NCBI GenBank assembly: GCA_051294375.1
Contig: CM119265.1
Location: 7,129,589-7,193,588 of the forward strand
DNA: 64,000 nucleotides
Reading direction: 5' to 3'
Source of the DNA: Paraspadella gotoi
Lineage: Eukaryota; Animalia; Chaetognatha
In this document: positions 24,382 through 35,200 of the stretch, one piece after another
How positions within the stretch are numbered: the stretch's first letter is position 1
Layout: each line of letters opens with the position of its first letter
Notes under the pieces: generated by a model
The model's input: the letters and a program-made list of their open reading frames with translations, nothing else
What the model was told of the DNA's origin: nothing
Databases searched by the model: none
Made by a program: the position numbers and the translations under genes

Positions 24382-26590
24382 ATGACTTCGATCTCATCAT
24401 ATGAAATTGGTACAACCAATATAATAATTATCTATTCATTTAATAAATAAGCTATCTTGCCTCTAACTTTGGACAGGCTTTGGTGGTTTAATGCCTCCGT
24501 CACACTTACAAGATAATGAAATAGCATGTAATGATAATACTTATCATAACCCGCAATTTTTATAGACCTTTCTCTAGAATTTTATTCTGTTTACTTTAAA
24601 ATGAGTTGATTATTTTTTTAAAAGAGAAAATATTTTGAAATATGTTTATTATACAAATCATTCTTTATATCTGCAAAGTTGATCGTTAACGTTTTGGCAA
24701 TGTCATCACTCATCAGTGACTTCAGTCGATGAGATTGTAACAAGATTGAAGATGCTAACAACGATGGAGACGCAGACTGATTGGGGCCACGTCGTAGACG
24801 GGTTGCGACGAGCAAAAGAATTTTCAGATTTGCTACGTCCGAAATTGCCAGAAGGATGGAGTTACACCGTTCCCGACGACGAGAGAATAGTTTTCTGTCA
24901 CGTTGAGGTTGATGAGTGCACCTTAGAAACTCGTTGTGATCGCACGATCGTGTTGACTCTAGGCATTCCCACTTCTTGCGAGACCACGTCAAGGACATCT
25001 TTTCGCCTCATGGATGTAAAAAAATCCCCTAATTGTAACGGCCCTGGAACGGAACGCCGACTCACTAACTATGAAATCATCGCCAATAACTTTTCGGATT
25101 TGTTCGAGCTGATGAAGCCGGAATCCCCAGGACAAGTCACCGCCTTTACTAAGGAAAGAATCGAAAAAAAGGAAAAACCAATATCGAAAAAACGTAGGGA
25201 CCGATATCGCGCGGAAGGTCATCCCATAGGACGAAAGTTTTCCTCCTCCCTCAAATGCAAATTCTGCTCTGAAACGTTTGTCTTCGAAAATGCTTTCGTC
25301 AAGTTTGGTCATCACGAGACACTTCTTTTTCACTCAAGAACGCACAGAAATCAGACGGTGCCCAAAAGAGGACGTTTCAAGTGCTCGCAGTGTGACAAAA
25401 TCTTTACCTTTGAGTATTTGCTTAATCAGCATCAAAAGAAGAAGCACGATCCAAAGAATTACAAACCAAACAAAACTGACCGGGGCGAATTCTCCTGTAA
25501 ACTTTGTGATAAGGTTCTTTCGCAACTGCGACACTTGGAACGACACGTTCAGTTAGTTCATAATTCCGAGCCGAATCATCGACCGTTCGTGTGCGAGGTA
25601 TGACTTGACTAAAAAGATCCCAGCGATGCGATAACAAAATTATTAATCCCTTTTCTTAAATTTTCTTAGATTTGCGGAAAAGCTTTCAAGACTAAGTTTA
25701 ATCTTTCCAAGCATCACAAAACGCATCAAGAACGCCCTTTCAAATGCAATCAGTGCGGGGCAGCTTTCTGTGCCAAATGTGAATTAGAATATCACAAAAT
25801 CATCCACACTGGAGAGAAGCCATTTTTATGCCAGCAGTGCGGTGAGAAAATATATTCTATGCTTAATAAATATTTAAACTTTATTTTAATTTTTTAGCGA
25901 TTCAATTATTTAGGAAAGGGATTCAGCACCAAAACTTACCTTCACCAACATCAAGTGAAGGTGTGCAAAGTGAAAGTCCGCAATGTTGGAACCCCGACGA
26001 AGGCTGTGAATAAATCCGTTGAAGAACTGAGTTCAACGAATATGCCGAGGCCGAAATCTTCTATGGAACATCCAACAATTTTAGCGACTTCCGTTGAATC
26101 TTATGCAGGAATTGAGCCACATGATGAAAACGCACAACAAAGGTTATTTAACTTATATATATGTATATGTACATCTTGGAACTTAATGTGGATTTCGGAA
26201 AAAAACGTGCGTGTAATAATGCCTAGTGAGGGTCTTTGAATTTACAAATACTTTAAACCCCTTAGGTGAAGCGACTTCTTGAGATTTATTATTTATTGCA
26301 ATTTCTTTATTTCCAACAGATCCGAAGATTCACGCCTGACAAATAGCTCTTCACCGTTGTGGACCCCATCAAAATTAGAATCGGAGACGTATTCGTTACC
26401 TCAACCTCTTCAGTCAACCACACTGATCGTAAGCAGGGATAATCAATCCCACGCGGAGACTATTCCAATTGCGCCGGTTTCCTCGGAAAACCCCCCATTG
26501 CTGTTCTGCGTCACGCCGGTAATAATCATTGTTAAGCATAATCAGTTAATCTATTTTCTTCTATATTATATTGATTTTTATATTGATTAG
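24382..26590 (+). CDS. C2H2 zinc-finger protein (~6 fingers); exons (24382-24409?), 24717-25597, 25670-25841, 25914-26142, 26320-~26590
   Basis: FKCSQCDKIFTFEYLLNQHQKKKH, FSCKLCDK...HLERHVQLVH, FVCEICGKAF...HHKTH, FKCNQCG...[20 protein letters not shown]. Internal junctions are in phase. Start (24382, 24700 or 24752) and 3' end are uncertain. Confidence 0.85.
24400..24527 (+). mobile_element. Dispersed repeat family A, truncated copy
   Basis: tatgaaattggtacaaccaat...aagctatcttgcc...ctttggacaggctttggtggttta...cttacaagataatga, shared with 26594-26738 and 34071-34250. Confidence 0.85.
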
Positions 26591-26593
26591 TGC

Positions 26594-26738
26594 TATGAAA
26601 TTGGTACAACCAATTATCCATTCATTAAATAAATAAGCTATCTTGCCCCTAACTTTGGACAGGCTTTGGTGGTTTAAGGCCTCTTACAAGATAATGACAT
26701 TCATTCGAGACTCTCTCATAGTCTCGTTTATTCACTCC
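26594..26738 (+). mobile_element. Dispersed repeat family A, internally deleted copy
   Basis: Same start motif; extends to gtctcgtttattcactcc as in the 34 kb copy. Confidence 0.85.
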
Positions 26739-27222
26739 TATGTTTTTACGGCTAATAATTCCGCTTGTATACTACTTGAATTTATTAACTGTATAATGTA
26801 CTATCTCATTATGAACCAGGTCGTGTGAATTGACAAACTTTCTTTGTTGCTAATTAGGTACAAACTTTATCTACATCGGTAACAACAGAAATCTCTCGTC
26901 CGCTGTCATTTTTCACTCCTCAACAACAGGATTACCGAATTTTTAACTCATGAATCAACACAGCAAGCAAAATTAAAACATCTTGGCCGTGATCTCTGAA
27001 TTATGATTTTTTTTTTAATATTCTGTTTGAACGTATTGTTTTTATATGTTAGGCCTAATTCTATTTTTTGTTGGCTTTTGAGTGTTGATCACTTTTATTT
27101 TAGATAGTAATTTGCATAAAATTTGCATTAATGGTAGGCAACTTCTGCTAGTACAAACAAATGTTAAGTTAAACAAATGTTTAACTTATTTATCGGTGAA
27201 CTTTTAAAAAACTCATTTCAAA

Positions 27223-29819
27223 ATGAGTGAATCTGACTTAGTAACGCCGACTGCCATGTTACCTATTGAAGAAAGGGTGAAAGAGACTCCACCTTTCGAA
27301 AACGAGGACGATGCACGGAGTCTTAGTTTTTCTCCAGACAGACGTCGACCTTCAGCGAAAGTAAATTCCGATACTAGGGACTTGTCTTCTTGTCGCGGCG
27401 CCGCAACAAATGAAGAAGCAAATTGCGCTTCGCCTCCACGCGCTCTTCCCCACGGTTTCGAGTCTCCTGTTTCAAGGGCCTCGACGCCGTACGCAATCGC
27501 TCCCGTCTTTGTTGGAACGAGAACGTCGTCCTCCGCATCATCACCTAAATCGTCGCCGAGCGTCGCCAGCGTTGACGAAGAGCCCGATTCCAGGATTCAG
27601 GCAGAATTGGAGAAGTTAAATCGGGCGACGGACGCCATCAACTCGATGGAGGCCGAATTGGAGGTTAGGACCCGAATGAGGGCGGGATTGTTTCAATTTA
27701 AAACTGAAGACTCCAATTTCACTTAAAATATAACATTATATGACACTATTTTACTTTCGCCGTCTGGAACTGAGCCAGTCAGTTATTTTTCTATTCGCAT
27801 ATATTATTACTATGGTTTGATATTATTAAAAAAAATTGATTAAGGTTAAGGGTATTTAGGGTTAAGGGTGGTGAAGTGAAAGTTTGGAATCAAAATTTAG
27901 CAGTTATATCTTGAAAACTATCATATTAGTGAATACTAATCTGTAATTATTTTTTTTTTTTATAAATATAGTAGCCCAGTCAGCTTATTTTGTATATAGT
28001 ATTACCCTTATATAAAGTCAAATTTTCAAAATAGTTTTTTTTTAATTCTGAGAACAGATTCAGATTCCTCGTTAAAAGTTAATAAAAAAAGTATAAATCT
28101 TTTTCAAAAATTATGTCATTAAGTAGGTTAAAATTACAAAAAACTATATTTTTAAGCTGGAAATTTAAAATATAGTTTTTTTTACATTTTTGACTAACTT
28201 AATGAAAATTTTTAAAAAAGTATTGTACTTTCTTATAATAACTTTTTGCAAGGAATCCAAATTCGATCTTAAAATTTAAAAATTTGTATTTTGAAATTTT
28301 AGCCTATTATATACTTATTACTATATATAAATATAACTCCTGGTGCCCACTAATGTATAAAATTAAAAAATAAATTTACCACAATATTTTTATTAGTTTT
28401 TATGTTCATGTTTTATATGCTAAATTTTAAATTTCTAAAATTTTATCATTTTTACATCACTCTAGTATTTAGGGTTAAGGGTGGTGAAGGTTAAAGGGAA
28501 ATTGTGTTAGGGGTAGTGAGGGTTAATGGTAATTAAATTGGTTAGGGGTAGTTAAGATTAAGGGTGGTTAGGGTTAGAGGTAGTTAAGGTTTTATAAGGG
28601 TAGTTAAGGTTAAAGTTAGAGATAATAAAAGTTAAGGGTGATAATTATTTTTGGTTAAGGGTAATTAAGTAATATTCAAAAAAATATAACCATGAGTTCC
28701 GGGTTCAATCCCCTCACGGTCACGCTGGTTAAAGTGTGATGGTGTCGTCATAAACACGCCAGTGACATGGGGTGGTTACTGCAGGTCCAAAGCCCTGAGC
28801 GCCAGCTGTCTGGAGATGCCTTATACCCCAGGCATCACACCGGTTCGGTTCCGGTCGGTGAAAGTAAAAGTAAGCCCATTATATTTTCCTAAGAACGCGA
28901 GGGGATTCTTTCGACGGCTTCTCAATGAATCCACGTCGCATTTGTTAACGTTGAGCAAAAAGACGGGAGACTCTGTCGAAAAGGCCCGTCCCTATTACGA
29001 GGCACGGGCGGCTGCTCTCCGAGCCTTGCAAGAAACTCAGCAGGCTACGATGAGGTAGGAGGGTACATACAATCGCATTAGAATTCTGTATTTAATAATA
29101 TGATTTTTTTAATGCTTTTTGGCCAACTAAAGTGAAAAGAGTGAAATATATACCGATTCCGTTAGATTCGAGCGAGCCAACAGCGACCACGCCATTGCTA
29201 AAGAAATGGTTGCTCTCGCCGAGTCCGGACCTATTGGAGAGTCAGATTCCGAATTTGACGACGCTTGGCAGGAAACTCTAAATAACGCCACTGGAAAAGT
29301 AAGGGAGAAAATTACCCACAATAATTTTGTTTAAATTCTACTTGATGACACGATATATCGTCATAGGTTAATGAAACAGAACGCGTTCGCGTCCTGAGTC
29401 GGGACTTCCATCTGGCGAGTAGCCAGGCTTACCAGGCGGCTGTCTACAAGCTCCATTGGTTGGAGAAGGAACTTCGGCGTCACGTGACCAAATCGCGACC
29501 CTATTTTGAAGCCAAGGCCAAATATGAGCATCAGTTGGACGAGCAAAAGAGAAGGGTCACCAAACTCGAGGAGGACGTGTTAGAGTCGAAAAAATCGTAC
29601 GCGGAATCCCTTCACAACCTTGAGACTATTTCCAACGAGATTCATCGACGCCGCGAGGTCGCTCGAGAGCGCCGGACTTTGGGCGGAAGAGGTCAAGGGG
29701 TCGGCGCCGAGCACTCGCCCTCCTCGATTCAACGAGAGTCGCCACCGGGACCGAAATCGGCTCATCCGGAATCGTTCAATCCGGAATCGTCGCACAAACA
29801 GTTCATTTCTGATTGTTAG
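27223..29819 (+). CDS. SH3BP5: SH3BP5 / parcas-like coiled-coil Rab11 GEF; exons 27223-27663, 28894-29054, 29166-29298, 29367-29819
   Basis: DSRIQAELEKLNRATDAINSME; VEKARPYYEAR; FERANSDHAIAKEMVALAE; DDAWQETLNNATGKVNE; KSRPYFEAK; YAESLHNLETISNEIHRRR. Phases consistent. Cannot distinguish SH3BP5 from SH3BP5L. Confidence 0.92.
27748..28877. mobile_element. Composite TIR element (family B ends) in SH3BP5 intron 1, with TTAGGG-like tracts and nested insertions
   Basis: Left ttttactttcgccgtctggaactgagccagt and right accggttcggttccggtcggtgaaagtaaaa are imperfect inverted repeats; ggtta/agggtt tracts at 27840-27875 and 28468-28665. Confidence 0.6.
28692..28838 (+). mobile_element. tRNA-derived SINE-like fragment
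   Basis: gttccgggttcaatccc resembles a Pol III B box / T-arm, followed by a ~130 bp GC-balanced body. No A box or cloverleaf; single copy in the window. Confidence 0.35.
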
Positions 29820-30268
29820 TATACATTTTTTTACTGTATATTTATCATTGAATCGTTTTTTTGTTTATAAATCCGCGTACTAGTTTTTTATAATTATTAA
29901 TAAATGACAATATATACTCGGAGACTAGATATCTAGAAATAATAATAATTTTTTCCTCTGATTTTTATAAAAAAACAAAAAATTTAGTGTGGATGAACGA
30001 GTTTTCTGATTTCGTTAATTTTTTCTTTATCATTTGTTCTAGCTATTCTATCATTAAATAGTTATATAGATAACGGAATTATATTCTTGAATTAAATATG
30101 CTCAATATAGGAAAAAGACATTGGTTAGATTTACAATGGATTACAAGAAATCAAAAATATTGGAACTTAAGATCTGTTTATTTCGTAATTAATACATAAA
30201 GAAGCGAATGGAGGAACATTTGATACATAAATTCAAGTAACAATTTAAAATGAGAACTGCAAAACAAA

Positions 30269-31420
30269 CTAGCCCTTTTTAAATTTTGTATCTTGATCTT
30301 TTCGCTGACCTTTGGAAGCGCAACAGGCCAAAACCACCAAAATAGAGGTAGCGGCGGCCAAAGCTAGAGTCAATATTAAAGGCCCCACGATATTGGGGTA
30401 GCCGATCTCTCGTATTCGAGCGACGACGCGCTCTAAGAAAGCGTCCCAAGGCGTGTCTTCGGGCGGCACCTTTTCCGATTTGACATGGCGAAAACCTCCC
30501 GTGACGAATGTCTTGAGTGCGTCGAAAGTCATCGGATGTCCTTCGTAGTGATACATCCGCTCCAGTCGAAAGTATAGTAGCGTCTTCGCGACCCGATCAC
30601 CTGAGACCTTCAAGCGCTTGACGAGATCCACGTTGACGTCGCGGTCGACGAACGCGACGGAAAGTTGATGTTTGTACTCGGCGGCGACGGTGTCAAGAGC
30701 CGTCCGCAGTCGCCCGTCGTCATTCCAGTCGTCCCTCCGACCGAAGAGAACCAGCCAATCGCCGGTAGTAGCGCCGCTGGCCGCTTGGGTGAGATGCTCG
30801 AACGTTTCGTCGGTGAGCGTCTTGAGATAGGAGCGGGCATTTTCTCGCATCCACATCGTGACGAACGTTTCGTCCGTATCCTTGTCGTTCAAATCGCCTA
30901 ACAGCAGAGGATAGTTGAAATGTACCTTAGGTTTTTATCCGACTACGAGATAATATAGGCTTTTACCTCGGTAGCGAAGACAGTGCTCCTCTCCTTCGGC
31001 GTTCTTTCTGACGTAGAGCATTGCCGGAATTTCATCGACGCCGTAGAACTCCGCCAGTTCGGAATCTCCGGCCGCGCGCGACATTCCAAAGGTGAAACCT
31101 CGCACGGGATTCCCGCGGTACTCGAGGACGACATCGGCCACGCTTTTTAAAAGATACTCTCCGCCCGGGCAAGATGGAGTGTCCGGTGTGGCGGCTTCTT
31201 CGGCGCAGAAGAAGAGGAATAAATTCGTGTAGTCTTTCATTAGCTCACGGAGATTCTCGTGAGTGGTGATCGAATGAACAACCACCGACGGTGACGAGGC
31301 TTGGGGATAAATCTTAACGTTTAATAGATTTTCATTTAATCACGACTTGATAGGTTTCTTACCATCTCCCGAAAGGCCCACGAATTGCGAACACAGCGAA
31401 GCGAAGACGAGAAACCACAT
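30269..31420 (-). CDS. Signal-peptide, tandem thioredoxin-fold, C-terminal TM protein; exons 31420-31363, 31299-30967, 30897-30269
   Basis: Hydrophobic N-terminus MWFLVFASLCSQFVG; LTDETFEHLTQAASGATTGDWLVLF thioredoxin-like motif; TM IVGPLILTLALAAATSILVVLACC; lysine-rich end KFKKG. Confidence 0.85.
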
Positions 31421-32230
31421 GGTCAAATAGAAGCCTTGTCTGCGGAGGAACTCTAAAAGAAAATAGTCTAGATCTGTAATCTGGATCTCAAAAGTTTCTT
31501 CGATCTATTTGAAGTGTCGATGACGTGTTCTAAGTCTCTCTATTCTAGCTATGCGACAATAGCCTTACTTTTTTTACAATATTGTGTTTTCGTGCATCAT
31601 CTTTTTTGTATTGGAGTTCATTCTTTTTGAATAGGTCGAGGAAAGTCGAACCATATTTAGCGAATGAGCTGATAGTGCCAAGGATGCAACATCATAGAGA
31701 AAGTGAGTGGCGGAGTTCCCATTGGATGAACCGCGCCGCAGCCCTCGTCGCTGCTGCGGCGGGTGCGGCCGACGTCGTCGTCAGCTGAGCCTCATCCTCT
31801 TCTTATCCTCTTGGCTCTTGAAAGCAGGAATCGGGGGAGGAGAGGAACTCTGGAGGCGTTGGGGAACAACCGATCCTCCATCCGCGCAGCCTTCGAACTT
31901 ATCGATCCGCCCGTCCTGCCTCACCTTTTCGTCGAATAAAGAGCGCCTCGCCCAAACGCGACCTCGACAAAATAGACGACGACGACGCTGGGACTAAAAC
32001 CAACCCCATCGCCCGTCCAGTGCCTCGTCCGCCACTCTTCGAATCTTATCGGAAAAGCGAGGTTGATCTATTTTCACTTTACGTCATGAACCGAATGCCT
32101 AGCCCTTTGTGTGTCTCGGACCAAGATGAATGAACTAATTAGTGTCCGTATTATCTGTATAGGTTACGAGTCACGAAAATGAAGAAATGATGAAGCGAAA
32201 ATTACGTTAGTCCACTCAGAATTTGTCGAA

Positions 32231-35200
32231 ATGCTCCCGTCTTACGTCTGTTCATTTCTCTCTTTGTCCTGGCAATGTATCTTCCTGGTAGCAGGTAACC
32301 AACGTCGAAATTTGTGACGGTGATGATTTGGACGATTTTAGCTTGTGTTTTTTAAATTCGGATTTAAATGATTTATTTGTATGCATTGATTTATAAAAAA
32401 AATTAGTTTTATAATTGTTAGAAATGAAAACTGATAGTTAATTAGTTATAAGTAAGTTTTGTGTCGCTAATTGATAGTCACCTCTATTCAGCGTTACCTC
32501 ACCAAAGTGGAATACACAACTTTCATCCCCTGTCTTATGATCGACGACTACTTCACAATGAACATGTGAGAGTGAGACGATCCGCGATTGAGGCCGTTCA
32601 AAGCCTAAACAGGTTTAGTTCTTCTCCAACCATTGACAGTCCTCACGTAATTCATAGTGTTTTAAATTTACCCAATATTTTTTTTTTAGAATAAATGTTT
32701 ACACAACGGAAGAACAGAAGAGAAATTTGTTCAACTCCAACTTTTTAAACAGACACCGAGATAAATATATATATCTTAACATCAGTTCGCCCGTTAGGTA
32801 AGACTCTCAAAAAATAGTTTAGAACGCCTTTCCGACATGCTTATTTTATTGTTTATTCTCTTGCAGATATTTTCGTTTGCGTCTTTCCCACGATTGGAAC
32901 TTCATCGCCGCAACCCACGATCATGCTCAATTTTTTTCGGATTCCGAGAGGAGCGACCACAACGCTGTGATAGTTGATCATCTTTACAAAGGAATATTAA
33001 TCGGTAAAACTGGCAAACAGTTCAATTTCCAAACAAATAAATTGACAGCCCCCCTCTACTTCTTCCTTAATCCTTAGGCGACCCCAAGTCCCGCGTATAC
33101 GGCTCGATTTTGGATGGAGTTTTCCGCGGGACTATTCGAGCTGGGGACGGAAAATCTTATTACGTGGAGAGGGCGGAACATTTTTTCGATCACGATGCAG
33201 CCGATCGTCATCCCGACGACGAAGACGCTATTCTCAAACCCAACACCATCCAACGCCTCCTTGGATTTCACTCTTTCATATACGGTCAGGCTTTTAGATT
33301 TTGAAATCCAAATCGAATCGAATCCCTCATTGCCCGGGGGGAAAAAATGTATTTGATTATGAAATTAACTAATTTTTAAAAACCGCGACAATTTTTTTTT
33401 AACATCATGGATTTCAAATGGGTGTAAAATGAAAGGATCAAATACAGTGGCTAAATTATTTGTTATAGCAACTTCAGGTTTTGCACCCTGGTAAGAAAAT
33501 CGCTGACGTTTTTTTATTTTCCAACTCCCAGTGGTCCAGCTTTCTTACTTTCTTAGTTATGTGCTTATCAATGGCATGGTCGAATTTTAAAAATGCAATT
33601 TTTTTGCATTTGAAAAGGACCTTCCTGTTAGAAGATATATTTTTATGAAAAAAAATGAAATGTTTGAAAATTACGGTTCATCTGACTTATATAGACATTG
33701 GAGTATGTGTCTCAGCAATCGGAATGTCAAAAGCTTTTTCACAACCACAATGATAGCCTTTTTCATTTTATAGTTTTTATAGTTAAAACTTATATAAAAT
33801 AAAGAATTCAGCGTTGAAACAATGATCTGGCAAGAGCCTTTTGAAATATATTAATAAAAATTTTTTTGCATGCCCCCAAGACGTTATACTAACTAATGAA
33901 TGTAAAAGAATTTAAAATATTTATTTCAATTTTTTTCACAATGAGTTTAGAATTGAACTATTAAATAATTATTAATAACTATTAAATACTTAAGGGAGTG
34001 GTCTTTTCATACAATTGAAACATTCTTTGAAATATTTTCCACTTCATTGATAGGGAAGCCAGGTACTCTGGGAGTGAATAAACGAGACTGTGAGAGAGTC
34101 TTGATTGAAAGCTTGCAGGGACCTGCTATGTCATTATCTTGTAAGAGTGATGGAGGCCTTAAACCACCAAAGCCTGTCCAAAGTCAGGGGCAAGATAGCT
34201 TATTTATTAAATGAATGGATAATTTTTATATTGGTTGTACCAATTTCATAAGAGAGGAAAAATGTTGCAAAAAAAGCTGCTGGAAGGGAAGCGCACCAGT
34301 GCCTATGATGTAAAGTATTATCAATTTGCTTTATAGGAACATAAACGTCAGGGACTTTTCCAACTAATGAAATGAACAAATATTAATCTCAGTCAGTCAG
34401 TTAAGAGTTATAACAATTCTTTTCATTTCCCTCCCATTTGAAATCGAGAAACGAGAAAAAAAAGTTATGTAGAATGCAATAAACTTTAGTTTGGGGAAAT
34501 AACAACTGAGAAAAAAAAAATATATAAACGTCTTCCCTGATTCGCTTCGTAAAAAATCCTTCTTTTGCTCGTAGATGACGACGACGTCCTATTGCCACAG
34601 TACCTTACAAAATCAGCTGACGCAAAATCAAAATATTTCGCGGCGGCAAATTCGAGATTCTCCACCGCCTCGCCGCCGCCCGGCTCCCGAGACCCAAAGA
34701 CAAAACGAGGGGACCGAGTCGAGGTCGGTGATGCCGCCGACAGCGGCCACGTCGTCGGTGGCGAGGTCTTCTCCACGTTTACTCAGGGTTCTCTAAAATC
34801 TCAGCAGGTTTGATGAGAAAAGGCGCGCCTATTTTCTCGATTTGTCTCTCGATTAATTGAGCTTAATATTTTTTTTTCAGAGGGGCGGTGGTACATTTTG
34901 CTCTTTGGAGAGTCCCAGCACTAAATCCTTTTTAGATGCGATTACTACGATGCCGAGTCAGGTAAGTGCCATTATCAATTTATCAGTCGTTTTTTGAAAC
35001 TTTGCACTATTTTTACCGTCGTTACAAACTACGTTTTTTCACAGTCACGAGCAAAGACGAGGCGAAAACGAGCAGTCAGCATCAAACCAGCTCACAAAGA
35101 CTTAAAGACCTGCGAGATGTACATTCAAGCTGACCCCATGTTATGGAAACATTACCGGGAAGATTACCTTGCGAAAGGTTCGATTCAGTTGATCCCAACT

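Noticed and set aside
28695-28720. tRNA gene suggested by gggttcaatccc
   Set aside because: Only a T-arm/B-box-like piece; no A box, anticodon arm or acceptor stem. Kept as a SINE-like fragment.
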